The notes beneath the pieces are model-generated. The model was not told where the DNA came from. It worked only from the letters and a program-made list of their open reading frames with translations, and did not search any database. The translations under genes were made by a program, and so were the position numbers. Positions 24,611 to 32,000 of a DNA stretch of 32,000 nt are shown here, piece after piece (within the stretch, counting starts at the first letter, position 1; every line of letters starts with the position of its first letter). The DNA is taken from assembly GCF_000253055.1 (NCBI RefSeq), contig NC_016070.1:1110001-1142000 (forward strand), in the 5' to 3' direction. Origin of the DNA: Thermoproteus tenax Kra 1 (lineage in GTDB: Archaea > Thermoproteota > Thermoprotei > Thermoproteales > Thermoproteaceae).

Positions 24611-26428
24611 TTATTCTTTAGACGGCGTCGACAGCCGTCGGAGCTCCTCCGCCACCTCGCCGAGCCCGAGCTCGGACAGAGCGGCGGGCCTGGGGAGTCC
24701 GCGTTCGTCCCACCCTCTTAGTTCGTAGTACTTCCTCAACGCGTCCTCCACCTCCTCTCTATTCAGCTGTAGAATCCTATCGCCGAATTTCACAGGCTTA
24801 TACCACCTTTCAGGTAGCCCATCCCCAGGGTCGCCCATCATTACGTTGAGGGCTCTCGTCAAATTTATAACCCTCAGCGCCGATTCTCTGACCAGACCGG
24901 CGGTCCACCCATCGCCTGTGACGTCGGAGAGCAGCCGCGCTATAGTCTCGAGGCCTCTGCCTCCGGGATAGAGATCGTAGACGCCGCGTCCGAACTTACA
25001 CAAAACGAGGGAGTCCATTATAGCTGCGACCTCCTCCATGTGCGCCACGGCATGTATCTTCTCATCTCCCAAGCTCTGCGGGCCTCCGGCCATCCCGGCG
25101 TAGTCGATGGCGTAGGCCATAGTGGCGAGGTGGTCGGCGCCCCGATAGCCTATGGCGTAGCCTAGAGCCATGCCCTTCAGAGCTCTCGGGTCGTAGCCCG
25201 CCGGCTCCAGCCCTCTGACGTGGACTGCGATCTCGCGAGCTCCTATCTTGGCCGCCGCTGCCGCCACTCCCTCTGCTAACAGATCGCCGAGACCTCTCCT
25301 GTACGCTATATCCACTGCAAGCCTCTCGGCCGTGTCGCACCCCCACTCCAGAGGCGGCAGTTTGCCCAATCTGGAGGCCTCAACGGCGAAGGCCACGACG
25401 TTCCCCAGACTTATTGTGTCCATCCCAAGGCGGTCGGCCAGGTCGTTCAGCTTGATCACCTCATCTGGGTCGAAACATCCGACGAGCCCTCCCAAGGCGA
25501 ACACAGTCTCGTAGTCGAGGTCGACCGACACGCCGTATTTTCCCGATCTGACGAGTCTGTGGCACGCCGCAGGGCAATGTAGACATGCTGCCGGCCTTAG
25601 GAGGTACGACCTCAGCGTCGGCCACGCCAGCCTCTCCCACCCATCGGCGGACGTCTGTCCCCAGTAGTAGCTCGGGAAGAAGCCCATGATGTTCCCCAGC
25701 TCCACCAGCCTCAAAGTGCCGGCCTCGAAGAGGGACTTCACGCTTTTATCTCCTATGAAGCGCGGCGTGAAATCTCTCAGGAACTCCTCCAGCCTCTCTC
25801 TATGTGCCACATCGACATCTCTCTTGTCCGGCACGAAGACTATCGCCTTCAGCCGCTTGTACCCCATCACTGCGCCGCCGCCCGTCCGCCCGAACTGGCG
25901 CCAGAGGTCGTGGTTTATCGACGCGAACTTGACCAAGTTCTCCCCCGCCGGCCCTATGGCCGCTACAGCGGCCCTCCTCCCGTGCTCCCTCGTGAGGATC
26001 TCCTCGGTCTCAATGGCGTCTTTACCCCACAGGTCCGCCGCATCTCTCACTTCGGCTCCTCCATCTTGTATCAATAAATAGGACGGCCTCTCGGAGCGGC
26101 CCACTATAACCAACGCGTCTACCCCGCTGTATCTCATCGCAGGGCCCAAGCGCCCTCCCACGTTGGAGGCGCCCAGAATGCCCGTCAACGGCGATCTGAA
26201 CACCGCGGCCGCCCTGCTCGACATGGGGACGCCGGTGCCCGTCAGAGGGCCCGAGGCCATTATCAAGGGGGCCTCCGCCGGCTCCAATCTGTGGCCCCCA
26301 AACCTCCAAAACAGATATGTGGCTATCCCCCTTCCGCCTATAAAGAGGGCAGTCTCGCGCTCGAGGGCCAACCTTCTCGCAGTTTTTGTGCCCAAGTCCA
26401 CAACTAAAACGGTGAGGCGCACTGGCAT
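24611..26428 (-). CDS. Tungsten-containing aldehyde:ferredoxin oxidoreductase family protein
   Basis: 605 aa. It has an AOR N-terminal domain (FIGGRGIATYL) and the 4Fe-4S cysteine motif CLHCPAAC (CxxCxxxC). AOR-family blocks (GYAIGYRGADH, DSLVLCKF) run throughout. Confidence 0.85.
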   Translation of the reverse strand: MPVRLTVLVVDLGTKTARRLALERETALFIGGRGIATYLFWRFGGHRLEPAEAPLIMASGPLTGTGVPMSSRAAAVFRSPLTGILGASNVGGRLGPAMRYSGVDALVIVGRSERPSYLLIQDGGAEVRDAADLWGKDAIETEEILTREHGRRAAVAAIGPAGENLVKFASINHDLWRQFGRTGGGAVMGYKRLKAIVFVPDKRDVDVAHRERLEEFLRDFTPRFIGDKSVKSLFEAGTLRLVELGNIMGFFPSYYWGQTSADGWERLAWPTLRSYLLRPAACLHCPAACHRLVRSGKYGVSVDLDYETVFALGGLVGCFDPDEVIKLNDLADRLGMDTISLGNVVAFAVEASRLGKLPPLEWGCDTAERLAVDIAYRRGLGDLLAEGVAAAAAKIGAREIAVHVRGLEPAGYDPRALKGMALGYAIGYRGADHLATMAYAIDYAGMAGGPQSLGDEKIHAVAHMEEVAAIMDSLVLCKFGRGVYDLYPGGRGLETIARLLSDVTGDGWTAGLVRESALRVINLTRALNVMMGDPGDGLPERWYKPVKFGDRILQLNREEVEDALRKYYELRGWDERGLPRPAALSELGLGEVAEELRRLSTPSKE

Positions 26429-26592
26429 CTCTAAAATTATAATTTAAATTTCTCCCACCTATTTTCTCTCATAAATTTTACAGCAGATATCCTTTTATTT
26501 TTATTAAACTTCTATTTAAATATTAATTTTTATAATAAATTAAATTATTGTTTTAAAAGATAATCAAATAAAAATTCAATACGATATTATTT

Positions 26593-27930
26593 ATGGACTT
26601 TGAAGAGAGGGCGAGGAGGGTCTATCTGGACACTGGAACTAAGTTCCAGAGGCCTATTATCTGGAGCATGGGGCTCATCAAGTACGCGGCCGCCTACGCC
26701 AACGCCGAGCTGGGCCTCCTGCCCCGGAGGCTGGCCGCCGCCATCATGGGGGCCTCCCTGGAGGTAATGGAGGGGGTCCACGACGCTGAGGTTTATGTGG
26801 ACGTCTTTCAGACCGGCTCTGGCACAGGTCTCAATATGAACATCAACGACGTGATTGCGCGGAGAGCCTCGGAGATCGCAGGCTCCAGAGTTCATCCTAA
26901 CGACCACGTTAATATGGGCCAGTCCTCCAACGACGTAGTGCCGAGCGCCGTCAGAATCGCCGCGATCAAGACGGCGGAGGACGAGCTGATGCCTGCGTTG
27001 AGCGCCTTGATAGGCCGCTTGAGCGAGAAATCGGCCGAGTTCTCCAAAGTAGTCAAGCCCGGCAGAACCCACTTAAGAGACGCCTTGCCCGTCACGCTCG
27101 GCCAAGAGCTGGGCGCCTATGCGGACGCTCTTGCTCACGGCTGTCGGGAGCTACGAGACGTACTCGCCTATGTCGGAGAGATACCGCTGGGGGGCACTGC
27201 CGTCGGCACAGGTTTCGGGACGCATCCCCGCTTCAGACGTCTGGCTATTGACGCCATAAACAAGACCTCGGGCCTGCGGCTCTCCGAGGGGAACACGTTC
27301 AGAGGAATGAGGCTCTTGACCGATGTATTGTATCTATCCGCAGCGCTCCGGAACATCGCGGTAGAGCTCATGAGACTAGCGCAAGACGTAAGACTCATGT
27401 TCTCCGGTCCTACTGCGGGCCTCGCCGAGATCGACCTCCCCTCGCAGGCTGAAGTGCCAGGGAGCTCTATGATGCCCGGCAAAATAAACCCAGTCACGGC
27501 CGAGGCCGTTATGTTGGCCGCGGCCCAGATCGTCGGACTGGACCACGCGAACCAAGCCGCCGCCGGCCTAGGCGAGTTTGAGCTCGCCATGGGCATCCCG
27601 TTGATAGGGTACAACGTAGTGGCCCAGATTAACCTCCTATCTGAAGCATCGGGAAAGCTCTCAGAGCTCGTAATAGCCGATATGAAGCCGCGGAGAGACC
27701 GCTTGAGGGACCTCGCAGAGAGGTCGCCCGCGTTGGCCACAGCTCTGGCGCCAGCGTTGGGATACGAGGGGGTCTCCCAGGTTGTAAGGAAGATTTCCGA
27801 GGGCAAATCCATCAGAGTGGCCTTAGAGGAGGTGGGCCGCCCGGATCTGGCGCAGGAGATCCCCGACGTCGATAATATGGCGCAGGCTCCGGAGGCGGAG
27901 AGGCGGATCGATTGTGATAGCTACAAATAG
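26593..27930 (+). CDS. Class II fumarate hydratase / aspartate ammonia-lyase family lyase
   Basis: 445 aa with GSGTGLNMNINDVIA, SSNDVVPSA and the family signature GSSMMPGKINPV. Sequence alone does not separate fumarase from aspartase. Confidence 0.8.
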   Translation: MDFEERARRVYLDTGTKFQRPIIWSMGLIKYAAAYANAELGLLPRRLAAAIMGASLEVMEGVHDAEVYVDVFQTGSGTGLNMNINDVIARRASEIAGSRVHPNDHVNMGQSSNDVVPSAVRIAAIKTAEDELMPALSALIGRLSEKSAEFSKVVKPGRTHLRDALPVTLGQELGAYADALAHGCRELRDVLAYVGEIPLGGTAVGTGFGTHPRFRRLAIDAINKTSGLRLSEGNTFRGMRLLTDVLYLSAALRNIAVELMRLAQDVRLMFSGPTAGLAEIDLPSQAEVPGSSMMPGKINPVTAEAVMLAAAQIVGLDHANQAAAGLGEFELAMGIPLIGYNVVAQINLLSEASGKLSELVIADMKPRRDRLRDLAERSPALATALAPALGYEGVSQVVRKISEGKSIRVALEEVGRPDLAQEIPDVDNMAQAPEAERRIDCDSYK

Positions 27931-28070
27931 ATCCTAATAATTTATCGATATTAATAAATTAGTATAATTATAATTTATAATAAAATGATGTAAAAAGATT
28001 TTTTATAACGATATTTTCAAAAATTATATTATTTAATATTATTTTTAACAAAATATTAAAGTCAATCTTA

Positions 28071-29419
28071 ATGCCAAAAATACAGTGGAGCCCAGAACAC
28101 TACAAATGGCCTCCGAAGGCGTGGATGGCCATTTCGTCGCAATTTATCGGCTTTATGATGGATGCCTACGACCTAATATTAGTCACGGCCCTCACGCCTA
28201 TTTTGGCCGCAGTGCTTCTGCCTCCCAGCCTATCGAAGACCACCGTGGGACTGCTCATCACCCTCGTGGGCTACGCGTTCGCCTTGATTGGGAGACCTCT
28301 GGGCAGCGCCATATTCGGCAATTACGCGGATAAGATAGGCCGGAGGGATACGTTGATGATAACTATACTGGGCTACGGCATTATGAGCGCCCTCACGGCG
28401 GCGATTCCGACCTACGCCCAGGTGGGATGGTGGGCGTTCTGGATATATGCGGCGCTGAGGTTCATATTCGGCATATTTGTGGGAGGCGAGTACGCGGCGG
28501 GGCACCCCTTCGCTATGGAGTATTCAGCCCCCAGATGGCGCGGTTTCGTCAGCGGCTTGGTACAAAGCGGCTTCACTTGGGGGACTGCGTTGGGCGGATT
28601 TGTAGTCTCCTCGTTCTACGCCATCTTTGGGCAGAGCGCCATGCAGGCCTACGCTTGGAGATACGTGTTCCTCACGGGCCTTGTGCCAGTCGTGATCGCC
28701 TTCATTATAAGGGTAACTATGCCGGATACGCCTGTGTTCACCGAGGCCAAAGAGAAAGGACAGCTGGAGAAGATACCCTTCTTCAGCCTTTTCAGACCGC
28801 CCGTTCTGTGGACGTTTCTGCAGGTGTTCCTGTTGATGACCGGGCTCTTCTTCAGCTCCTACACTCCCTGTTTAATTTTGCAACGTTAATATATACCAAG
28901 GCGGGTCTGACGGGCGGAGAGGCGGCCTTCTACTACGGCCTGGCGGGAGTCTTTGCCGCCATATCGGCGCTCATCTGGGGGTTCGCCAGCGACTTCATAG
29001 GGAGGAGGACGGCGTTTTTGATCGGGGCTGTTGCCACGGTCGTGATGGCGGTGCCCTCTTTCTATCTGGCGTACTACAGCGCAGCCGTCCGCGATGTTGT
29101 CCTCCTTGTGCTTGGCGCCGTGCTCACCGGTTGGTTCACTCAGTGGGTATGGGGCCTAGTGCCCGTTTACCTCTCAGAGCGTTTCGCCACACAGAGGAGG
29201 GGCAGCGGAGTTGGCTTCGGCTACAGCTCCGGCCTATTCATCAGCGCGTGGATGGGGCTCTACTCGATACCCTTATACTCGCTCTTTAAGCCCATAGAGG
29301 GCGACAATGTGTGGTTTATCGCCGCATTCTGGCTTATGGTGGCGGCTCTGTTGTACGGTATTGGCGCGTTTATAGGGCCGGAGACTCTTGGGGAGGATCT
29401 GAGACAAGTCAAAGAGTAA
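28071..29419 (+). pseudogene. MFS transporter (metabolite:H+ symporter-like) disrupted by a frameshift near 28860-28866
   Basis: The N-terminal half is in the frame of 28071 (GNYADKIGRRD motif, 6 TM) and stops at 28889. The C-terminal half (HSLFNFATLIYTKAGL...DFIGRRTAF..., 6 TM) continues in the frame of the 28427..29419 track ORF. Removing 2 nt from TCCTACACTCCCTG restores ...FFSSYSLFNFATL... Confidence 0.7.
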
Positions 29420-29426
29420 CCCCCCA

Positions 29427-29432
29427 TTTTTT
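29427..29432 (+). terminator. Oligo-T tract downstream of the MFS gene
   Basis: TTTTTT lies 8 nt after the stop codon. Oligo-T is the usual archaeal termination signal. Confidence 0.3.
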
Positions 29433-29439
29433 GACTTTT

Positions 29440-29900
29440 CTAAGATCGACCTAATCCTCCGGCTGATCTGAGGCTTGCCTGTTGCTTCAGAGCTCCCTTA
29501 GGGTTGGTAGCAACAGCTAGCTATCCGTCTCGATATTCTGCCCCGCCGGCCCGCCAAATACGAGGACAACGCTCCGGGGCTCAGCCTATGAATTACCGCG
29601 CTCCAGCCCTAAAGGGCGAGGCTTTCAGTTATAAAGGGTTTAAGCGCTGGCAACTAATCTGAGGTAGGTGCGATCTACATCGACGGTATGCCGAAAGGCT
29701 ACGTCGCATAGACAATGACAGCATAGGAGGCTGTATTAAAGTATGAGGGCTGAGGGCTTGGAGGCACGGGCGTATACGTGCGCCGCAGAGGAGCGCGCGG
29801 TGTGGGCTCCACCGGCTCCGAGTTCATCCAGCCCTCTGCGGGGCCGTCGACGGGCGGGGCTCCGGGGGTCCAATTAGGCGGCCGCAAACAATTAAATATT
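29440..29900. other. GC-rich ORF-free island; candidate structured RNA(s) or decayed gene
   Basis: There is no credible ORF on either strand, and GC is similar to coding DNA, unlike the other spacers. Local hairpins: CTGTTGCT/AGCAACAG at 29479-29515, GCCC-TAAA-GGGC at 29606-29617, and CGAC-G-GTA-T-GCC-GAAA-GGC-TAC-GTCG at 29681-29706. GAGGGCTG (29744-29751) can pair with CAGCCCTC (29829-29836), and CGCGCTCC (~29598) with GGAGCGCG (~29790). Confidence 0.25.
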
Positions 29901-29942
29901 TTTTGCCGCAATAATATTTAAAGGAGAACTGAGCGTTTCCCT

Positions 29943-30872
29943 GTGGAGTTTGAGAATTTGATAGTCCCCAACATGGTCTTGGAGCTCCTCGGCCCCAAGT
30001 CCGTCGTTGAGGCTCCCCCGGGCTTCAAGGCCTTGGCGATGGAGCTAGCCAGGAGGACTGGGTCCAAGGTGTCGGGGAGGGCCGTGTGGGGGAGCTGCGA
30101 TGTGGGGTTGGACGAGGCCAGAGCTCTGGGCGCCGAGAGGATCGTCCACCTCGGACACGGCGTTCCCCCCAACATCGCCTATCTGTTGAAGAAGAACACA
30201 GGCGGCAGAGTGGAGAAGATAGACACAGACACATACGTCCTCAGGGCGCAGGGGATCGAGGCCTACTTCGTCCCTGTGTACTATATGCCGCCTGAGGATC
30301 TCCCCTCGCCGCCGTTGGGCAAACTCTACTTCCCCGTCCCCTACCGCTTGATAGCTGAGGAGCTTGCTGCGCGGTACCGTCTGGAGCTCGCGGCGGAGCC
30401 CATCACGGGCTGTTGGGTGGGAGAGGCGCCTGCGGGCTCCGCAGTGGTGGTGTCCCCAGGCTATTTCTACGCGTTGGCTGTGAAGCTCTTCTACCCCGAG
30501 GCGCAAGTGTGGGCGCTCGACCCGTTCAACAGACGCGTTGTCCCAATAGAGTCTGAGTACAGAAGGCTCATGGGACTGAAGGCGAGGGCGTATCTTGCCA
30601 GGAGAGATAAGGTGATAGTGGTGGTCTCCAGGAAGCCCGGCCAGATGCAGAGGGAGGCCGCGGAGAGAGCCGCCGAGAAGCTCGGCGGCATAGTAGTCGA
30701 GCTGGACGAGGCGTCGCCGGAGCTCCTAGACGACCTACAGGCCGATCTCATAGTGAATACCGCCTGCCCCAGGATAGGCTTCGACGATTTGGACAGAATC
30801 AAGACCCCCGTGATTAACTTGAAGGAGCTCGAGGAAGGGTTCAAGCCCCAGAACATCATAAGGCTGATCTAG
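29943..30872 (+). CDS. dph2: Diphthamide biosynthesis protein Dph2 (2-(3-amino-3-carboxypropyl)histidine synthase)
   Basis: 309 aa. WGSCDVGLDEARALGAERIVHLGHG matches the Dph2 motif (GxCD...HxGH). It has a three-subdomain length and the C-terminal NTACPRIGFDD. The start is either GTG 29943 or ATG 29973. Confidence 0.75.
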   Translation: MEFENLIVPNMVLELLGPKSVVEAPPGFKALAMELARRTGSKVSGRAVWGSCDVGLDEARALGAERIVHLGHGVPPNIAYLLKKNTGGRVEKIDTDTYVLRAQGIEAYFVPVYYMPPEDLPSPPLGKLYFPVPYRLIAEELAARYRLELAAEPITGCWVGEAPAGSAVVVSPGYFYALAVKLFYPEAQVWALDPFNRRVVPIESEYRRLMGLKARAYLARRDKVIVVVSRKPGQMQREAAERAAEKLGGIVVELDEASPELLDDLQADLIVNTACPRIGFDDLDRIKTPVINLKELEEGFKPQNIIRLI

Positions 30873-30976
30873 CCGCAGTTCAGCGTCGTCGACCCCTATT
30901 GTCTATAGAGAGAGACTTCGGACCACAATTTAAAATTACCGGTGCATTCTTTAAAAAGAGACGACCACCGTATTCT

Positions 30977-32000
30977 GTGAAGATCAAAAGATATGACCTA
31001 GACTTGAGGGTTAAGTTCAACGAGCTCGCCTACGACGGCTCGGTCCTCATCGACGTAGAGTCCCAAGAAGATCTCTCCATCGACGCAGTGGGCCTAGCCG
31101 TGAGGGCAGTGGAGGTTGACGGAAGGCCGGTCCAGTATAAATACGATGGATCCTCCATAAAGGTCGGGGGCCCCGTCTCGGGCCGCGTGAGAATCGAGTT
31201 CTCCGGCAAAGTGTCCGAGAAGCTCTTCGGCATATATAAGGCCCCCTACGCGGGCGGATACATTATATCTACGCAGTTCGAGCCCACGGGGGCCAGACAG
31301 TTCATACCGTGCGTGGACAGGCCGGACGCAAAGGCCCCCTTCAAGGCCAGAGTGGCGGTCGACGGAGACTACGACGTCATATTCAACACGCCGCCCCTGA
31401 GAGTCTATTGGGAGGGCGGACTCAAGGTGTTCGAGTTCGCTGAGACTCCGCCCATGCCCACATATCTGCTCTACTTGGGCATCGGCAAATTCTATGAGGC
31501 TAGGGAGAGGCTGGGCAATATAGAGCTCATATTCGCGACGCCGGTGAAGGAGCGGCTGGACGACGGGCTCTTCGCGCTCTATGTGGCTAAGAGGTCTTTG
31601 GAGTTCTTCGGCTCCTACTTCTCCTACCAGTACCCATTGCCCAAGCTCCATCTGATCCACGTGCCCGAGTTCGCCGCAGGCGCCATGGAGAACTTCGGGG
31701 CTATAACGGGCAGAGAGACTGCGCTGCTCGCGGGCAGGGAGAGCTCGGAGCTCGTCAAGAGGAGGGTGGCCGAGGTGGTGGCGCACGAGGTGGCCCACCA
31801 GTGGTTCGGAGATCTGGTCACTCTGAGGTGGTGGGGCGACCTCTGGCTCAACGAGTCCTTCGCCACGTTCTTGAGCTATAAGGCCTTAGACGCGATCTTC
31901 CCCGAGTGGAGCCCCTGGCACAGATTCTTGGTCGACGAGACTATGTCCTCGATGGTCAGAGACTCGCTCCTCAGCACTCACCCCGTGAGGGTCCCCATAA
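30977..32000 (+). CDS. M1-family zinc aminopeptidase (tricorn-interacting-factor/leucyl aminopeptidase-like), N-terminal part; runs off the window
   Basis: Absent from the track because it has no stop in the window. Translation from GTG 30977 gives VKIKRYDLDLRV... and contains the exopeptidase motif AAGAMENFG. It also has HEVAHQWFGDLVTLRWWGDLWLNESFA (HEXXH-x18-E). Confidence 0.85.
   Translation, partial: MKIKRYDLDLRVKFNELAYDGSVLIDVESQEDLSIDAVGLAVRAVEVDGRPVQYKYDGSSIKVGGPVSGRVRIEFSGKVSEKLFGIYKAPYAGGYIISTQFEPTGARQFIPCVDRPDAKAPFKARVAVDGDYDVIFNTPPLRVYWEGGLKVFEFAETPPMPTYLLYLGIGKFYEARERLGNIELIFATPVKERLDDGLFALYVAKRSLEFFGSYFSYQYPLPKLHLIHVPEFAAGAMENFGAITGRETALLAGRESSELVKRRVAEVVAHEVAHQWFGDLVTLRWWGDLWLNESFATFLSYKALDAIFPEWSPWHRFLVDETMSSMVRDSLLSTHPVRVPI

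Noticed and set aside
26429-26592. AT-rich spacers as a replication origin
   Set aside because: No ORB-like inverted repeats are visible, and no orc1/cdc6 gene is present in the window.
26587-27812. Minus-strand ORFs 26587-27072 and 27168-27812
   Set aside because: They are antisense to the fumarase/aspartase-family gene, which carries the GSSxMPxKxNP signature.
29440-29900. Assignment of the GC-rich island to RNase P RNA, SRP RNA, tRNA or a C/D-box sRNA
   Set aside because: On either strand I could not find a CR-I-like GGAAAGUCC, an SRP helix-8 GGAAGG-AGCA-type motif, a T-loop, or correctly spaced RUGAUGA/CUGA boxes. Identity is left open.
29699-29911. 70-aa Pro-rich minus-strand ORF
   Set aside because: It has low-complexity, Pro/Gly-rich composition, no motifs and no promoter context. 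It is treated as part of the non-coding GC-rich island.
31094-31798. 234-aa minus-strand ORF (and 31030-31233, 31624-31866)
   Set aside because: The plus strand here encodes an M1 aminopeptidase with unambiguous GAMEN and HEXXH-x18-E motifs. The minus ORFs are shadows.

Overview
The window looks like chromosomal DNA from a hyperthermophilic crenarchaeon of the Thermoproteales. Coding regions are about 55-60% GC by eye and are separated by sharply AT-rich spacers. The 4-bp-overlapping fba-pfp pair (archaeal class IA FBP aldolase plus PPi-dependent phosphofructokinase) matches the arrangement I recall for Thermoproteus tenax; that assignment is from memory, not a search.

Most of the window is core metabolism and transport:
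- a NuoE/NuoF-like flavoprotein (partial) and a YeiH-family membrane protein
- fba-pfp
- an SQR-like flavoprotein with DUF1641
- amt-glnK-nadE and a second amt
- a tungsten AOR-family oxidoreductase and a class II fumarase/aspartase
- a frameshifted MFS transporter
- dph2 and an M1 aminopeptidase (partial)

Genes from 10125 to 19343 all lie on the minus strand. Four junctions in the window (three inside that block plus fba/pfp) are ATGA stop/start overlaps.

Accessory or unusual content:
1. A TnpB-only IS200/IS605-type element has no tnpA, a densely hairpinned GC-rich right end (candidate omega/reRNA), and a diverged relic of another tnpB 3' end just upstream. It appears to split a surface-protein gene.
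2. A cas6-like gene stands alone, with no CRISPR array or other cas genes in the window.
3. A two-ATPase module sits between the two amt paralogs with no nuclease partner. It pairs a coiled-coil-less SMC/Rad50-head-like ABC ATPase with a HerA/FtsK-like ATPase.
4. A thermopsin-family protease is fused to ten tandem ~70-aa repeats and a C-terminal anchor.
5. Two tandem paralogous RHH-domain proteins lie side by side.
6. Several GC-rich ORF-free islands may encode structured RNAs or be decayed genes.

Many long ORFs in the supplied track are antisense shadows typical of high-GC DNA and are rejected.
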